From NCBI GenBank assembly GCA_043808095.1, contig JAZDFF010000011.1:48030-112029 (forward strand): a stretch of 64,000 nucleotides of DNA, given 5' to 3'. This document shows, piece after piece, positions 16,831-28,696 of this stretch. The stretch comes from Candidatus Omnitrophota bacterium (GTDB taxonomy: Bacteria; Omnitrophota; Gorgyraeia; JAZDFF01). Each line of letters begins with the position of its first letter. The first letter of the stretch is position 1. A model generated the notes under the pieces. The model was not told where the DNA came from. It made no database searches and saw nothing but the letters and a program-made list of their open reading frames with translations. The position numbers and the translations under genes were made by a program.

Positions 16831-17997
16831 TTATTTAAAAATTATATTGGCTAGATATCCGAGGATTAAAATTTGAGGAACGCTAACAATAGGAAGCCAC
16901 AAGGCAGTGCGTCTGCCTACATTCGTCCAAAGCAGCCCTATCTCAGTGTAATCCGTGGCTACCCCGGCCATTAAAAATACAAAACTGTTTCCCAGGGCCC
17001 TGGTTTGACGATATATCTCAAAGGCCAAAGGCGAAGAACCTTCTGAACATACCTCTATTACAGTAGCCAAAACCAAGGTAACAATTAAACCCAAGAAAGT
17101 CGGGCCCATAAATCTATGAAAGAAATGTACGGGGATAAACGCAGCGGCTATGCTGGCAAAGAGTATACCTAGGACAATCCACCATAAGACCATATTAGAA
17201 AGCATGATTGCACCGCCAATAATGCCTTTAAAATCATTTAGGAGAGTCTTGAATCCGAATCTGTAATTCTGTGCGCGTTGTCTAAAATCTTTTAAAATCG
17301 AAAAATCCTGCGCCACCTCTACTGTATTTTTGTTTTTTTCAATCAGCCCTTTCTTATCCAAAAGCATAAATATGAATCCGGTATTAATAGCCACGATTAT
17401 CGCAGCAATGATAATAAATAAGCCTTTCCAGCCAAAGAAACCAATCAGCATTAAGGTAATGGTAAGGTTTGCCCAGGGACTGGCAAGCAAGAAACTTACC
17501 ACCGCCGGATTTGATGCGCCTTTTTTGTGTAATTGAATAGATAAGGCCAGGATACCATGACTACAGGCACTCATCAAAAAACCCAAAGAGACCGCATTAA
17601 ATATCGTATACGGCGACTTTTTGGCAAGGATTTTAGAGATATATTCCTGAGGTATATAGTAATCAATAAACCCACCCAAAAATAAACCCAAGGCTACTGC
17701 CCACCAAATTGTTTTTAAATACATGAGGAAGGATTTACGGAATGGTTCCAAGAACGGAATAAAAAGCGAGGCTAATAATAAGAGCGCGCAAATGCCTGTA
17801 ACAATAAATAATTTATTCTTAAAAAATGCCTCTGTTTGACCAGGATAACAAACTGCTCTTTCACTTATGCCCTCTTGTTTGATAAACTTATCTTTACAAA
17901 GAGCACTGCAAAAGAAATAGTCTTTGCCGTCCTTAGTCACCTTGATATCTATATCTGTATCTACCTGCATCCCGCAGATAGGGTCTTTTGCTTTCAT
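16831..17997 (-). CDS. YHS-domain-fused COG0701/DUF318 permease
   Basis: The N-terminal domain MKAKDPICGMQVDT...YFFCSALC is a YHS metal-binding domain. It is followed by a multi-TM permease paralogous to 38850-39818 and 46830-48002. Confidence 0.65.
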   Translation of the reverse strand: MKAKDPICGMQVDTDIDIKVTKDGKDYFFCSALCKDKFIKQEGISERAVCYPGQTEAFFKNKLFIVTGICALLLLASLFIPFLEPFRKSFLMYLKTIWWAVALGLFLGGFIDYYIPQEYISKILAKKSPYTIFNAVSLGFLMSACSHGILALSIQLHKKGASNPAVVSFLLASPWANLTITLMLIGFFGWKGLFIIIAAIIVAINTGFIFMLLDKKGLIEKNKNTVEVAQDFSILKDFRQRAQNYRFGFKTLLNDFKGIIGGAIMLSNMVLWWIVLGILFASIAAAFIPVHFFHRFMGPTFLGLIVTLVLATVIEVCSEGSSPLAFEIYRQTRALGNSFVFLMAGVATDYTEIGLLWTNVGRRTALWLPIVSVPQILILGYLANIIFK

Positions 17998-19272
17998 TTA
18001 ATATTTACCCCAGATAAACCAGACAAATAGATAGGCGGCAGTTACTGCTGCCAGTGTAAAAGGAAGCCCAATCTTTGCAAAATCCTTAAATTTAACCTCG
18101 TAGCCTTCTTTCTTCAATAAACCGCAAGCCACGATATTTGCCGATGCACCAATAGGAGTAACATTACCGCCTAAACTCGCACCGATAAGTAGACCGAAGA
18201 GAAATAAAGACGGATTTATATTAAGTTTGGCGGACATAGAGATTGCCACCGGTAGCATCGCCGCCAGGAACGGGACATTATCCACAAATGCCGAGACAAA
18301 GACAGCAACAAAAACCAGCAAGGTATAGCCTAAGAATATATTAGTGCCTATCAAGCCTGAAAGAAAGCCTGAAGTCGTATCAATCCAACCGGTTAAGGTA
18401 ATACTGCCTACAAGGATAAAAATACCTGCCAGGAAAAAGGTAGTATCCCAATCCAAAGACCTTATTCCTTCCAGAAAAGAGCTTCTATTAACAAATTTTT
18501 CCCAAAGTATAGAGATAATGCCAAATACCATACAAATCAGTCCTGCAAGATAAGAAAACCCGGTATCAAAGAATGAAGATATCGCCAATAAAAAGACTAG
18601 GCTTACTAAAATAATCGTCGGCATCCATGATTTGACCTTTTCAACGGGTATAAGTTTAGCCTTCTCTTTATGTTTCCTAAATATAATATATAGGACTAAA
18701 AAAGAAGCCACTGCCCCTATCTCAACCGCAAAGAATATGCTGGGCCTGCCCCGGTAAAAGAAAAAGTCCATAAAATTCATCTTGGCAAAACCGCCTAAAA
18801 TCATACTGGGCGGGTCTCCGATTAAAGTAGCGGTTCCCTGCAGATTGCTTGAAACAGCAATGGCAATCATCATATTCATCGGATTTATCTTTAATTTCTT
18901 TGCCAAAGATAATGCAATAGGTGCAACGATTAAGACAGTAGCCACATTTTCCACGAACGCCGAAATAAAACCGGTTAATAAACAAATCAACAGAATTGCC
19001 CAGGCGGTATTCCTGGCCTTATCTACGATTATCTCGGCAATATAGGCGGGGACCCGGCTTTCCATAAAGATATCTGCCACTATCAATGTACCGACGAATA
19101 TTCCCATGACATTCCAGTTAATGGCTGAAAATGCCTCTTTAAAAGAAATTGTCCCGGTTAAAATAAGTAAAAATGCCGAAATTACTGCAAAATGAGTCCT
19201 TCTCTTGGGAAAGAATATAAAAAGTAAATATGTGCTAATAAAAACTATTAAAGAAACAATCTTGTAGTCCAT
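17998..19272 (-). CDS. ArsB/NhaD-superfamily anion permease
   Basis: 424 aa with ~10 TM helices and an internal repeat. It is paralogous to the partial gene at 1-704. Confidence 0.65.
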   Translation of the reverse strand: MDYKIVSLIVFISTYLLFIFFPKRRTHFAVISAFLLILTGTISFKEAFSAINWNVMGIFVGTLIVADIFMESRVPAYIAEIIVDKARNTAWAILLICLLTGFISAFVENVATVLIVAPIALSLAKKLKINPMNMMIAIAVSSNLQGTATLIGDPPSMILGGFAKMNFMDFFFYRGRPSIFFAVEIGAVASFLVLYIIFRKHKEKAKLIPVEKVKSWMPTIILVSLVFLLAISSFFDTGFSYLAGLICMVFGIISILWEKFVNRSSFLEGIRSLDWDTTFFLAGIFILVGSITLTGWIDTTSGFLSGLIGTNIFLGYTLLVFVAVFVSAFVDNVPFLAAMLPVAISMSAKLNINPSLFLFGLLIGASLGGNVTPIGASANIVACGLLKKEGYEVKFKDFAKIGLPFTLAAVTAAYLFVWFIWGKY

Positions 19273-19440
19273 TATGCCTTTCCTTTAGGTGGTATCATTA
19301 TTTTACTAAATTGCCTCACTTTTATCCAGCAATATAAAACAGTGACTAAGAATAAGTTCTTTTTTTATTATATGACTCTTAATTAAATATATCAAGAAAA
19401 TACGAAAATCAAAAAGGCAGGACAATAAAGAGAGATTTTT

Positions 19441-20046
19441 CTATTTGTTGAATAATCGCTGGAACTTCTCGATTTCTTTCTTTACATCAGGTTTGGTAAC
19501 TACTGCCGATATCGCACATAATCCATCAGTGCCGGCCTGAATAACTCTATGCGCATTTGACAGATTTATACCACCTATGGCAACTATGGGAATGGAAACG
19601 CACCTTTTTATCTCTTTTAATAATTCAACGCCTACGGGAATTCCGGCGTCTTTTTTCGTGCCTGTGGAAAAAATCGGCGATATGCCTAAATAATCTGCTC
19701 CCATTCTTTGTGCCTCTCTGGCCTGTTTAAGATTATGAACGGTTACGCCAATTATTTTATTTTTGCCAAGAATTTTTCTGGCAACTGAATAAGAAAGGTC
19801 ATCCTGTCCGAGATGCACGCCGTCTGCGCCAACAGCAACTGCGATATCCAGCCGGTCGTTGATTAAGAAAGTTATATTCTTACATATCTTTCTCAATTTT
19901 AAGGCCTCATCGAACATCTCTTTTGTACATGCGCATTTATCCCGGTATTGAATAATTTTTACGCCTACTTTTAGCGCATTTTTCACATCGCTAATATTGC
20001 CCCTTCGGCTTAGCCTTGAGTCGGTAATAAAATAATAGCCCATCAT
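19441..20046 (-). CDS. thiE: thiamine-phosphate synthase
   Basis: 201 aa with ThiE TIM-barrel motifs (HLGQDDL, GISP). Confidence 0.85.
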   Translation of the reverse strand: MMGYYFITDSRLSRRGNISDVKNALKVGVKIIQYRDKCACTKEMFDEALKLRKICKNITFLINDRLDIAVAVGADGVHLGQDDLSYSVARKILGKNKIIGVTVHNLKQAREAQRMGADYLGISPIFSTGTKKDAGIPVGVELLKEIKRCVSIPIVAIGGINLSNAHRVIQAGTDGLCAISAVVTKPDVKKEIEKFQRLFNK

Positions 20047-20846
20047 TCTTCTATGCGCTGCATTTTATCAATGGTCTCTTTATTGAGTTGGTAGAGATAA
20101 TCAAAAATTCTTTCTTTAAACTCACCCGGGCCGAATGAATTTTTAGCGGCGAGCTCTGCGGCAATCTCAAAACAAACAAGGCCAGCGGTTGCGGCAAGGG
20201 CTAAATCTTTTTCGACCGCGGCAAATGTCCCGATAACCGAGGTTGCCATGCATCCGGTCCCGACTATATGCGTCATCAGGGGATGTCCGTTTTTTACTAA
20301 ATAAATTTTCTTGCCATCAGTAATGACATCTTCTTTGCCGGTAATCACCACTGTACATTGTCTTCTTTGGGCCAGTTTTTTGGCAAGTTCAATCATGTCC
20401 TTCTCAACAGAAACCGCATCCACCCCTTTTGTCCTAACGGCCTCTCCGCTGATCCTAGCCACTTCCGAGGAATTACCTTTTATAATATCAATCCTGACTT
20501 CATCTAATAGCTCAAAAGACTTCTTATCGCGCAGGTCTGTTGCGCCTGCGCCGCAGACATCTAATATCACAGGGATACCTTTAATATTGGCGCTTCTGGC
20601 GGCTATTTTCATTGCATCCACAAAACCAACAGTTAAAGTCCCAATATTTAAAACCAGGCTTGAGGCGATACCAGCCATCTCGCCAACCTCTTCTTCAGCA
20701 TGGGCCATTACCGGTGAGGCGCCCAGCACCTTAACCACATTTGCGCAATCATAGATAGTCACCCAGTTGGTCAGATGGTGTACAACGGGCTTGTCTTTTC
20801 TAATCTTCTCTAACAAGGCATAGGCATCAATAATTATTTTCTTCAT
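20043..20846 (-). CDS. thiM: hydroxyethylthiazole kinase
   Basis: 267 aa with a ThiM signature (VVHHLTN...VLGASPVMA). Confidence 0.85.
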   Translation of the reverse strand: MKKIIIDAYALLEKIRKDKPVVHHLTNWVTIYDCANVVKVLGASPVMAHAEEEVGEMAGIASSLVLNIGTLTVGFVDAMKIAARSANIKGIPVILDVCGAGATDLRDKKSFELLDEVRIDIIKGNSSEVARISGEAVRTKGVDAVSVEKDMIELAKKLAQRRQCTVVITGKEDVITDGKKIYLVKNGHPLMTHIVGTGCMATSVIGTFAAVEKDLALAATAGLVCFEIAAELAAKNSFGPGEFKERIFDYLYQLNKETIDKMQRIEE

Positions 20847-21616
20847 AGCCTTTCAGTTAAATCCTTGGCTACTTTTTTGCCAGCCAAGAGCATCCCGCCG
20901 AATATTGGCCCCATGCGCGGGCCGCCAAATACCGTATTTGCACACATTCCACAAGCATAAAGGCCGGGACAGACTTCTTTAGAATTCTTGACAATTGTAT
21001 CTTCGGCTACCTGTGCCCACATCGATTGTTCGCCCATAATATTACCAGTTTTTGTATTAAGCTTTATGCCGGATTTTCTTTCTACTATACGCACAATCTC
21101 TGCGTCGTGCCCTGTGGCATCGACAACAAACTTTGCCCTCATCGTAATCGGGTCCACATGTAAATGCGCCATTTCAACCGCAGTCCAGTTTAACACCAAG
21201 CCGCAAACGCGTCTGGCCCTTACCATTACGTCTTCAGCGCTCATCAGGTTAAATATCTTTACTCCTTGCCTGACTGTCTTTGCGCAAATAGCACAGACGG
21301 ACTCAATAGAATCAGCCAAGTAATAACCTTTCTCATAAATTCTCGTTCTAATTCCGAATTCATCCATGATGTTTTTGGCTTTCTCCTGTATCACGATTTC
21401 ATTAAACATTATACCGCCGCCCCACATGCCGCCGCCTACAGATAATTTTCTTTCAAAAATTACGACTTTCTTGCCCGCCTTAGCCAGATAATAAGCGCAG
21501 ACCATCCCTGCAGGGCCAGCGCCTACAATCGCTACATCCACGTCAAGGGCACTGACTAATTTGTTTCTATAAGAGTCTATTATTGCCTTTGAAATTTTTA
21601 TCTCATCTAATTTCAT
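20843..21616 (-). CDS. thi4: thiazole synthase, Thi4 type
   Basis: 257 aa with a GAGPAG dinucleotide fold and a Thi4-family pattern. Confidence 0.8.
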   Translation of the reverse strand: MKLDEIKISKAIIDSYRNKLVSALDVDVAIVGAGPAGMVCAYYLAKAGKKVVIFERKLSVGGGMWGGGIMFNEIVIQEKAKNIMDEFGIRTRIYEKGYYLADSIESVCAICAKTVRQGVKIFNLMSAEDVMVRARRVCGLVLNWTAVEMAHLHVDPITMRAKFVVDATGHDAEIVRIVERKSGIKLNTKTGNIMGEQSMWAQVAEDTIVKNSKEVCPGLYACGMCANTVFGGPRMGPIFGGMLLAGKKVAKDLTERL

Positions 21617-21702
21617 TTGAAGACTCCTTCAATGAGCACATAAATTACGCCTGTCTGGCCTCAGACAGGGACTTTTGCGCCTTTGCGGTATAAAAAAAGT
21701 AT

Positions 21703-21882
21703 TTAACCAAAAAATTTCTCGCCCTGCGCCCAGTTCGCGCCGTCTACCTCGTCAATCACCAAATAGGTATAATCTTTCGGCTTTCCTGCTACTTTTAAGA
21801 GGGTATCGGTAAATTCTTTGGCAATTTGCTCTTTTTGTGCTTTGGAAAGTTTTCCCACGAGTTTTAAATTAATAAAAGGCAT
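21703..21882 (-). CDS. 4-oxalocrotonate tautomerase-family protein (59 aa; below the ORF-track cut-off)
   Basis: Hand translation gives MPFINLKLVGKLSKAQKEQIAKEFTDTLLKVAGKPKDYTYLVIDEVDGANWAQGEKFFG*. It has the N-terminal Pro1 and a beta-alpha-beta fold. Confidence 0.75.
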   Translation of the reverse strand: MPFINLKLVGKLSKAQKEQIAKEFTDTLLKVAGKPKDYTYLVIDEVDGANWAQGEKFFG

Positions 21883-21893
21883 AGTCTTCCCCC

Positions 21894-22487
21894 TTATTTT
21901 GAAAGTACTAAGATCCCGCTTTGGGCAAGAAGATTAGGCAATAACAATATCCGCCTAAATTCTGTGATAAATGCCTTATGCTCAATCTTAATATTGTTTT
22001 TGCGGCAATGGTCGAGGAAATCCGAGATACTGAAAAAATGCAGGTTAGGAGTTTCATACCAGGGATATGGCAAGGATGGTGTCACCGGTACTCTGCCTTT
22101 AAAAAATAACTGGGATCTCGCTTTTAGGTAGGCAAAGTTCGGAAATCCCACTATTACTTTTTTCCCCACACGCAAAGATTCCGAAAGTACCTGCTTGAGA
22201 TATCTAACCTGCTGAATACTCTGATTCAATATCACATAGTCAAACGATTTATCCCGATAATCCGTCAGGCCTGAATCGATATCGCCATGAATGACATTCA
22301 GGCCCTTTTCCACACATTTATAGATTGCCTGTTCATCAATCTCTATACCTTGGCCGCGCACATTCTTTTCTTTAATCAGAAGGTAGAGTAACTCACCCGT
22401 GCCGCAACCCAAATCAAGGACGCTGGTGCGCGGTTCGACGAAGTCTAATATTATGCGATGATCGAGTTTAATAGAATCATAATTCAT
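21894..22487 (-). CDS. metW: methionine biosynthesis protein MetW
   Basis: 197 aa with an SAM-MTase fold (LDLGCGTG). It overlaps metX. Confidence 0.8.
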   Translation of the reverse strand: MNYDSIKLDHRIILDFVEPRTSVLDLGCGTGELLYLLIKEKNVRGQGIEIDEQAIYKCVEKGLNVIHGDIDSGLTDYRDKSFDYVILNQSIQQVRYLKQVLSESLRVGKKVIVGFPNFAYLKARSQLFFKGRVPVTPSLPYPWYETPNLHFFSISDFLDHCRKNNIKIEHKAFITEFRRILLLPNLLAQSGILVLSK

Positions 22488-23670
22488 AATTACCTGTCAC
22501 CTCGTAAGCGTAAAACACCTTTTTTAGAAAATGACTAATGAGATGTGTTTCCTCTTCAACCTCTAAAAGAAAGGCATCATGGCCGTAAGTAGAATTAATC
22601 TCGCAGTAAGTCGCCTCAAGGCCTGCGAGTTTACAGGCCTTAACAATCTCCTTGGACTGGTATGCCGGATAAAGCCAATCCGATTTAAAGGCAATTACTA
22701 ACACCTTTGCCTTTAGGCCCTTTAATGCCTCAGAAAAAGGCCTGCTAGCTGAGGCGTCAAAATTATCCATGGCCTTGGTGATATATAGATAGGAGTTGGC
22801 ATCAAACCTCTTTACGAAATTATCCCCGCGATAACGCAGGTACCCTTCGACCTCAAAATCTGCGGTAAATTTAAAAGGCTCTTTATCGCTCTTTTTCTGC
22901 CTGCCGAACTTCTCGGTCATTGAGGAATCACTCATATAGGTAATATGGCCGATCATCCTGGCAACAGCCAGGCCCTTAGAAGGCAGGCGCCCCCCATAGT
23001 AATTACCGTCCTTCCAATCCGGATCAGCCATTACCGCCTGACGGCCAACCTCATCAAAGGCAATCTGTTGCGGAGTATGCTTTAAAGTAGTAGCAATAGG
23101 TATGACGCTAAGGACTTTCTCGGGGTATTTAATAAGCCAGCTTAATACCTGCATCCCGCCCATTGAGCCGCCTACTACCGTCAATAACTTATCAACACCC
23201 AGGTGGCCAATAAGTTCTTTTTGACAGGCAACCATATCGTTGATAGTGATAATAGGAAAATCTATGGCAAACGGATGGCCTTTCTTGGGATTTATGCTTG
23301 AGGGCCCGGTCGTACCCTGACAGCCTCCCAATATATTTGAGCAGATAACAAAATATTTATTAGTATCAAAGGCCTTGCCTGCACCGATCATCGAATCCCA
23401 CCAGCCTGGTTTATCACTTCCTTTATGAAAACCCGCAGCATGGGCATCTCCGGAAAGCGCATGGAGAATTAAAATCGCATTTGATTTCTCTTTATTAAGC
23501 GTCCCGTAAGTTTCATAGGCCAGGGTAATGGGCCCGAGCTTCTCTTTGCTTTCAAGGGTAAATTCTTTGGGCGGATTGGCAAAGGTAAAATATTTCGTCT
23601 CAGCAATTAAAGCGTTGTCTTTTTGGGCAATCATTCCTACTCCCTGGTATAATCTTTTAGGTATCACCAA
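22477..23670 (-). CDS. metX: homoserine O-acetyltransferase
   Basis: 397 aa, alpha/beta hydrolase, with a GGSMGG nucleophile elbow. Confidence 0.9.
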   Translation of the reverse strand: MVIPKRLYQGVGMIAQKDNALIAETKYFTFANPPKEFTLESKEKLGPITLAYETYGTLNKEKSNAILILHALSGDAHAAGFHKGSDKPGWWDSMIGAGKAFDTNKYFVICSNILGGCQGTTGPSSINPKKGHPFAIDFPIITINDMVACQKELIGHLGVDKLLTVVGGSMGGMQVLSWLIKYPEKVLSVIPIATTLKHTPQQIAFDEVGRQAVMADPDWKDGNYYGGRLPSKGLAVARMIGHITYMSDSSMTEKFGRQKKSDKEPFKFTADFEVEGYLRYRGDNFVKRFDANSYLYITKAMDNFDASASRPFSEALKGLKAKVLVIAFKSDWLYPAYQSKEIVKACKLAGLEATYCEINSTYGHDAFLLEVEEETHLISHFLKKVFYAYEVTGNYEL

Positions 23671-23833
23671 AAATTATACCTGATTACTGTGATTATTTTA
23701 GATTTCAGAGATTAATCGCTGTAATCTTATTTTTCCCGCAAAGCGGGATCCCGTTGGATTCCTTTTATTTTGGTGCGGGATAATCATTGAAATCAGGCAT
23801 CCTTAATTGTTTCTCTTTATAGGATGCCTAAAT

Positions 23834-24763
23834 TTATTTTTCTTGAAACAACCAGGTTGAGAGATATCTTTCTCCGGTATCAGGTAGCACTACTATAATC
23901 AGTTTCCCCTTGTTCTCCTTACGTTTGGCGACCTCTAATGCCGCCCATAAGGCCGCGCCGCTTGAGATGCCGGCAAGAATGCCCTCTTCTTTTGCCAGGC
24001 GCCTGGCAGTTATCCCGGCATCTTCATTAGTAACTTGAATTATCTCATCAATTATATCACGATTTAAAACCTGGGGTACAAAGCCTGCACCGATTCCCTG
24101 AATCTTATGCGGACCAGGTTGGCCACCAGATAATACAGCTGAGGCAGTAGGTTCAACAGCAATAGCCTGAAAACCCTTTTTCCTTTTTTTGATTACCTCA
24201 GCTACTCCGGTAATCGTACCTCCTGTCCCTACCCCCGATACCAGGATATCGACCTTGCCATCTGTATCATTCCAGATTTCTTCGGCGGTAGTCTTACGGT
24301 GGATTTCGGGGTTAGCCGAATTATTGAACTGCTGGAGGATAACCGCTCCGGGAGTAACTTTGGCTAATTCTTCTGCTTTTTTGATTGCGCCTTTCATGCC
24401 TTCTACGCCCGCAGTTAAGACGAGCTCTGCGCCAAAAATGGAAAGTAACTGCCGCCTTTCTATGCTCATCGTATCCGGCATAGTAAGTATCAGCCGATAT
24501 CCTTTGGCCGCCGCTACGAAGGCCAGGGCAATCCCCGTGTTTCCGCTAGTAGGTTCAATAATCACCGAACCTTTTTTGAGCGCTCCTTTTTTTTCGGCGT
24601 CTTCAATCATCGCCACCCCGATTCTGTCCTTTACGCTGGATAAGGGATTAAATGATTCAAGCTTTGCCAGTATCTGGGCTTCCAAGCCTTTACCTATGCG
24701 GCTAAGCCTTACCAGGGGAGTATTTCCAATGGTCTTTGTAATATCTTCAAATATTCTCACCAT
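23834..24763 (-). CDS. cysK: cysteine synthase A (O-acetylserine sulfhydrylase)
   Basis: 309 aa, PLP fold II, with a [10 protein letters not shown] motif. Confidence 0.9.
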   Translation of the reverse strand: MVRIFEDITKTIGNTPLVRLSRIGKGLEAQILAKLESFNPLSSVKDRIGVAMIEDAEKKGALKKGSVIIEPTSGNTGIALAFVAAAKGYRLILTMPDTMSIERRQLLSIFGAELVLTAGVEGMKGAIKKAEELAKVTPGAVILQQFNNSANPEIHRKTTAEEIWNDTDGKVDILVSGVGTGGTITGVAEVIKKRKKGFQAIAVEPTASAVLSGGQPGPHKIQGIGAGFVPQVLNRDIIDEIIQVTNEDAGITARRLAKEEGILAGISSGAALWAALEVAKRKENKGKLIIVVLPDTGERYLSTWLFQEK

Positions 24764-24799
24764 CTGCCTCCAAATCTTTTCAAAAATCGTAATAGTTCA

Positions 24800-24912
24800 T
24801 TTAAGGGTTAGGAAGGGGTAGTATGGGTTAGAAAGGGATAGTGGGGGAGTTTTTTAAAATCCCCCCTACTTACCCCTGCTGACCCTTCCTGTCCCTTGCT
24901 ATCCCCTAAACG
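24800..24912. repeat. ~110-nt G-arm/C-arm palindromic element, copy 2
   Basis: tttaagggttaggaaggggtagtatgggttagaaagggatagtgggggag TTTTTTAAAA tcccccctacttacccctgctgacccttcctgtcccttgctatcccctaaacg. Confidence 0.7.
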
Positions 24913-24935
24913 TCTTTTCTTTGAAGTTAGCGGTT

Positions 24936-26273
<1,338 letters not shown>

Positions 26274-26307
26274 TTATCTGACTTAATAAATCTTGTCCTT
26301 TATTAAC

Positions 26308-26748
26308 TTATATGGCATAACTAAATGCCCCTTTACTTACTTTTAATTGGTTAGCCAGATCTTCAAAGGTGATGTTATCAATGATATCAGAGGTTGCCTC
26401 TGCTACCTGGTTCCATATGCCTCTAAACACGCACCTATATAAATCACTGCATCCTGAATAATCTTTTCCTATACAACCGATCGGTTCAATCGGGCCATCC
26501 ACAAAACGGATAACCTCACCCAACCTTATCTGGCAAGGTTGCCTAGCCAAGAGATATCCTCCTTCTTTTCCGCGCCTGCTCTCTACGAATCCGCCGCGTT
26601 TTAAATCCAGGAGTATCCTCTCTAAAAATTTAATCGGGATATCCAAACGTTTAGCCAACTCAGAGATAGTAACCACCCCGCTGCCATAATGTATGGCCAG
26701 ATCCAGAACTGTCTTTAAGGCATAATCTCCTTGATACGTTATACGCAT
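26308..26748 (-). CDS. Rrf2-family regulator (CymR/IscR-like), head of the sulfur-amino-acid gene string
   Basis: 146 aa. RRGKEGGYLLAR is an Rrf2 hallmark, and three Cys residues are present. Confidence 0.8.
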   Translation of the reverse strand: MRITYQGDYALKTVLDLAIHYGSGVVTISELAKRLDIPIKFLERILLDLKRGGFVESRRGKEGGYLLARQPCQIRLGEVIRFVDGPIEPIGCIGKDYSGCSDLYRCVFRGIWNQVAEATSDIIDNITFEDLANQLKVSKGAFSYAI

Positions 26749-26787
26749 ATCTTTCCTCTTAGTCTATAATCTCTATAATGATAGTAT

Positions 26788-26816
26788 AGTATATATGAAA
26801 AAAATAAAATTGTCAA
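26788..26816 (-). promoter_or_regulatory. sigma70-like promoter TTGACA-17-TATACT for the Rrf2 gene
   Basis: On the minus strand: cTTGACAattttatttttttcataTATACTatac. Confidence 0.35.
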
Positions 26817-26900
26817 GTCCTTTTTTGTACGGAATTAGCATCTTATTTATTTACAATAAGATATGAAAATATATTTTTTGTAATCGGAGTTTATCTAAAA

Positions 26901-27569
26901 TTATTTTGACCTTATTGCCAGGACCTTAATAAAATCCGCTGCGTCTTCTATCTTGTCTGTGACCCCTTCTAAATATTCCGCTAATTGATAGCTCAATAAT
27001 AACGTGGCCGGCTCAAGTTTAACATGTATAATGGACTCGATTAAAGTCTTTTTCTGGTCGTCAGCCTCATGTTCGAACCTATCCACTTCATCGCAATCAA
27101 GAAGTGCTTTTTTAAGGTCGTTTTTGATTACTGCCTGAATTGCCTCTTTTAGTTTCGAAATTGAGGCAAAGATTAATTCGGTGGCAGTGGCAATGTTTTT
27201 AAGAACATTCTCCGGTAGCCTCTGTTCGATAAAACCCAAAAGGCGGGCGGCACCATTAGTCCAGTCGGCAATCTTATCCAGGGTATTGGCAAAATGCATC
27301 AGATCTTCTCTGTCCGGAGGGAGCAATAGGCCCTCTGAAAGCTCACTAACCATTTTTGCACGCAAGATATCTGCTTGATGTTCGCCTTCCCTAACTTTCT
27401 CAATGGCAATAGTCTTGGCTTCAAGGTCACCTTGGATAAAGGCCTTGACCGCCTCGGAAAAATACGAAACCGTCTGACAGGTCTCCTCAACATGTTTCTG
27501 GGCATCCTTTAATATGGACTGTTCCTCTGCCATTCCTAACCATCCCAAAATATTTCTCCTCTCTTTCAT
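26901..27569 (-). CDS. DUF47 (PhoU-like) phosphate-transport accessory protein
   Basis: 222 aa, helical. It is paired with the Pit gene and its start has a GGAGG SD. Confidence 0.7.
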   Translation of the reverse strand: MKERRNILGWLGMAEEQSILKDAQKHVEETCQTVSYFSEAVKAFIQGDLEAKTIAIEKVREGEHQADILRAKMVSELSEGLLLPPDREDLMHFANTLDKIADWTNGAARLLGFIEQRLPENVLKNIATATELIFASISKLKEAIQAVIKNDLKKALLDCDEVDRFEHEADDQKKTLIESIIHVKLEPATLLLSYQLAEYLEGVTDKIEDAADFIKVLAIRSK

Positions 27570-27656
27570 CTTAACCTCCGATTTGCTGTATTTTTTCTTC
27601 TGTCTGCAAATCGTCCCGAGTCCCGACGTAACGTCGGGACGAGGGACAATTATACC

Positions 27657-28637
27657 TTATATTTTAATAAATAGCCTGATCCCCATCAAAACCAGAAAAC
27701 TAATTAAGCCGGAAACAAAAGGCGTGGCCAGCCAACAAAAAATTATTTCTCTCATAATACCGACGTTTAAAACCCTTAACCCCTTAACTAGCCCCACCCC
27801 AAAAATTGCCCCGACTATAGAATGGCTCGTAGAAACCGGTATCCCGAAAACAGTATAAATATGGACATTAATGGCGCTAGCCAATTGCACTGAGAAGGCC
27901 ATAATCGGCAAGAGATTAGTTATTCCTGAGCCGATGGTCCCAATAACCTTATAGCCCCAAGTCATAATACCTAAGGCTATTGCCAGTCCGCCTAAAATAA
28001 TACTCACATTCGGAGTAAGAATCCCCGCGCCCACAATTACGCCTGTGGCATTAGCCACATCGTTTGCGCCCCAGGAATAAGCCACATAACAGCCGCTGCC
28101 AATTATAAGGATTGTAAAAATTACCCTTAAGTATCTGCGCGGAATATTTCTATAAAATATATTTTTAAAAATCCGGTAAAATATATAGCCTAAAATAGCC
28201 GCTCCAATCGGAGTAAAAATCCAGCAGATGAAAATATCTAAAAGCGCCTTCCATTTTATCGGTACGCCTAAGGCAAGGCCAGCGCCTGCTACTGCGCCCA
28301 CAATGGAGTGGCTCGTAGAGATCGGCATCTTCCAATAAGTCGCCAGAATTACCCAGGCGCAGGCAGCAAAACTAGCCACTAAGGCAATATACAAAGATAA
28401 GGTTTTATCCAATTTATCCATCGGCACAATGCCCTTTCCGATGGTCTTGGCCACGTGACCGCCTTGTAAAAACGCGCCCAGAAATCCGAATATAGCAATT
28501 AAAATAATGGCCTGTCTTAAGGTCAAAACCCTTGAGCCAACCGCAGTGCCCATTGAATTAGCCGCATCATTGGCGCCGATTGACCAACCAACACCGATAG
28601 CCATTAATATAGTTAGGGAAATTAATAAGAAATCCAT
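27657..28637 (-). CDS. pit: inorganic phosphate transporter, Pit/PHO4 family
   Basis: Two GANDAAN motifs are present (GANDAANSMGTAVGS and GANDVANATG). Confidence 0.9.
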   Translation of the reverse strand: MDFLLISLTILMAIGVGWSIGANDAANSMGTAVGSRVLTLRQAIILIAIFGFLGAFLQGGHVAKTIGKGIVPMDKLDKTLSLYIALVASFAACAWVILATYWKMPISTSHSIVGAVAGAGLALGVPIKWKALLDIFICWIFTPIGAAILGYIFYRIFKNIFYRNIPRRYLRVIFTILIIGSGCYVAYSWGANDVANATGVIVGAGILTPNVSIILGGLAIALGIMTWGYKVIGTIGSGITNLLPIMAFSVQLASAINVHIYTVFGIPVSTSHSIVGAIFGVGLVKGLRVLNVGIMREIIFCWLATPFVSGLISFLVLMGIRLFIKI

Positions 28638-28696
28638 TATAAAAAAGTTATTGGTGGGATATTTTACCTAAAACAACAGATAAGAACGCTGTTATT

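Noticed and set aside
21617-21702. TPP riboswitch expected in front of thi4-thiM-thiE
   Set aside because: The gap is only 85 nt, lacks the CUGAGA and ACCCTT-GAACCTGATC signatures, and a tautomerase gene sits immediately upstream. The thi genes appear to be read through from the met gene string.
23671-23833. SAM (S-box/SAM-II) riboswitch in front of metX
   Set aside because: No S-box core elements are present. The region contains a cysK terminator hairpin and a copy of the GCGGGATCCCGCAAAGCGGG palindrome instead.
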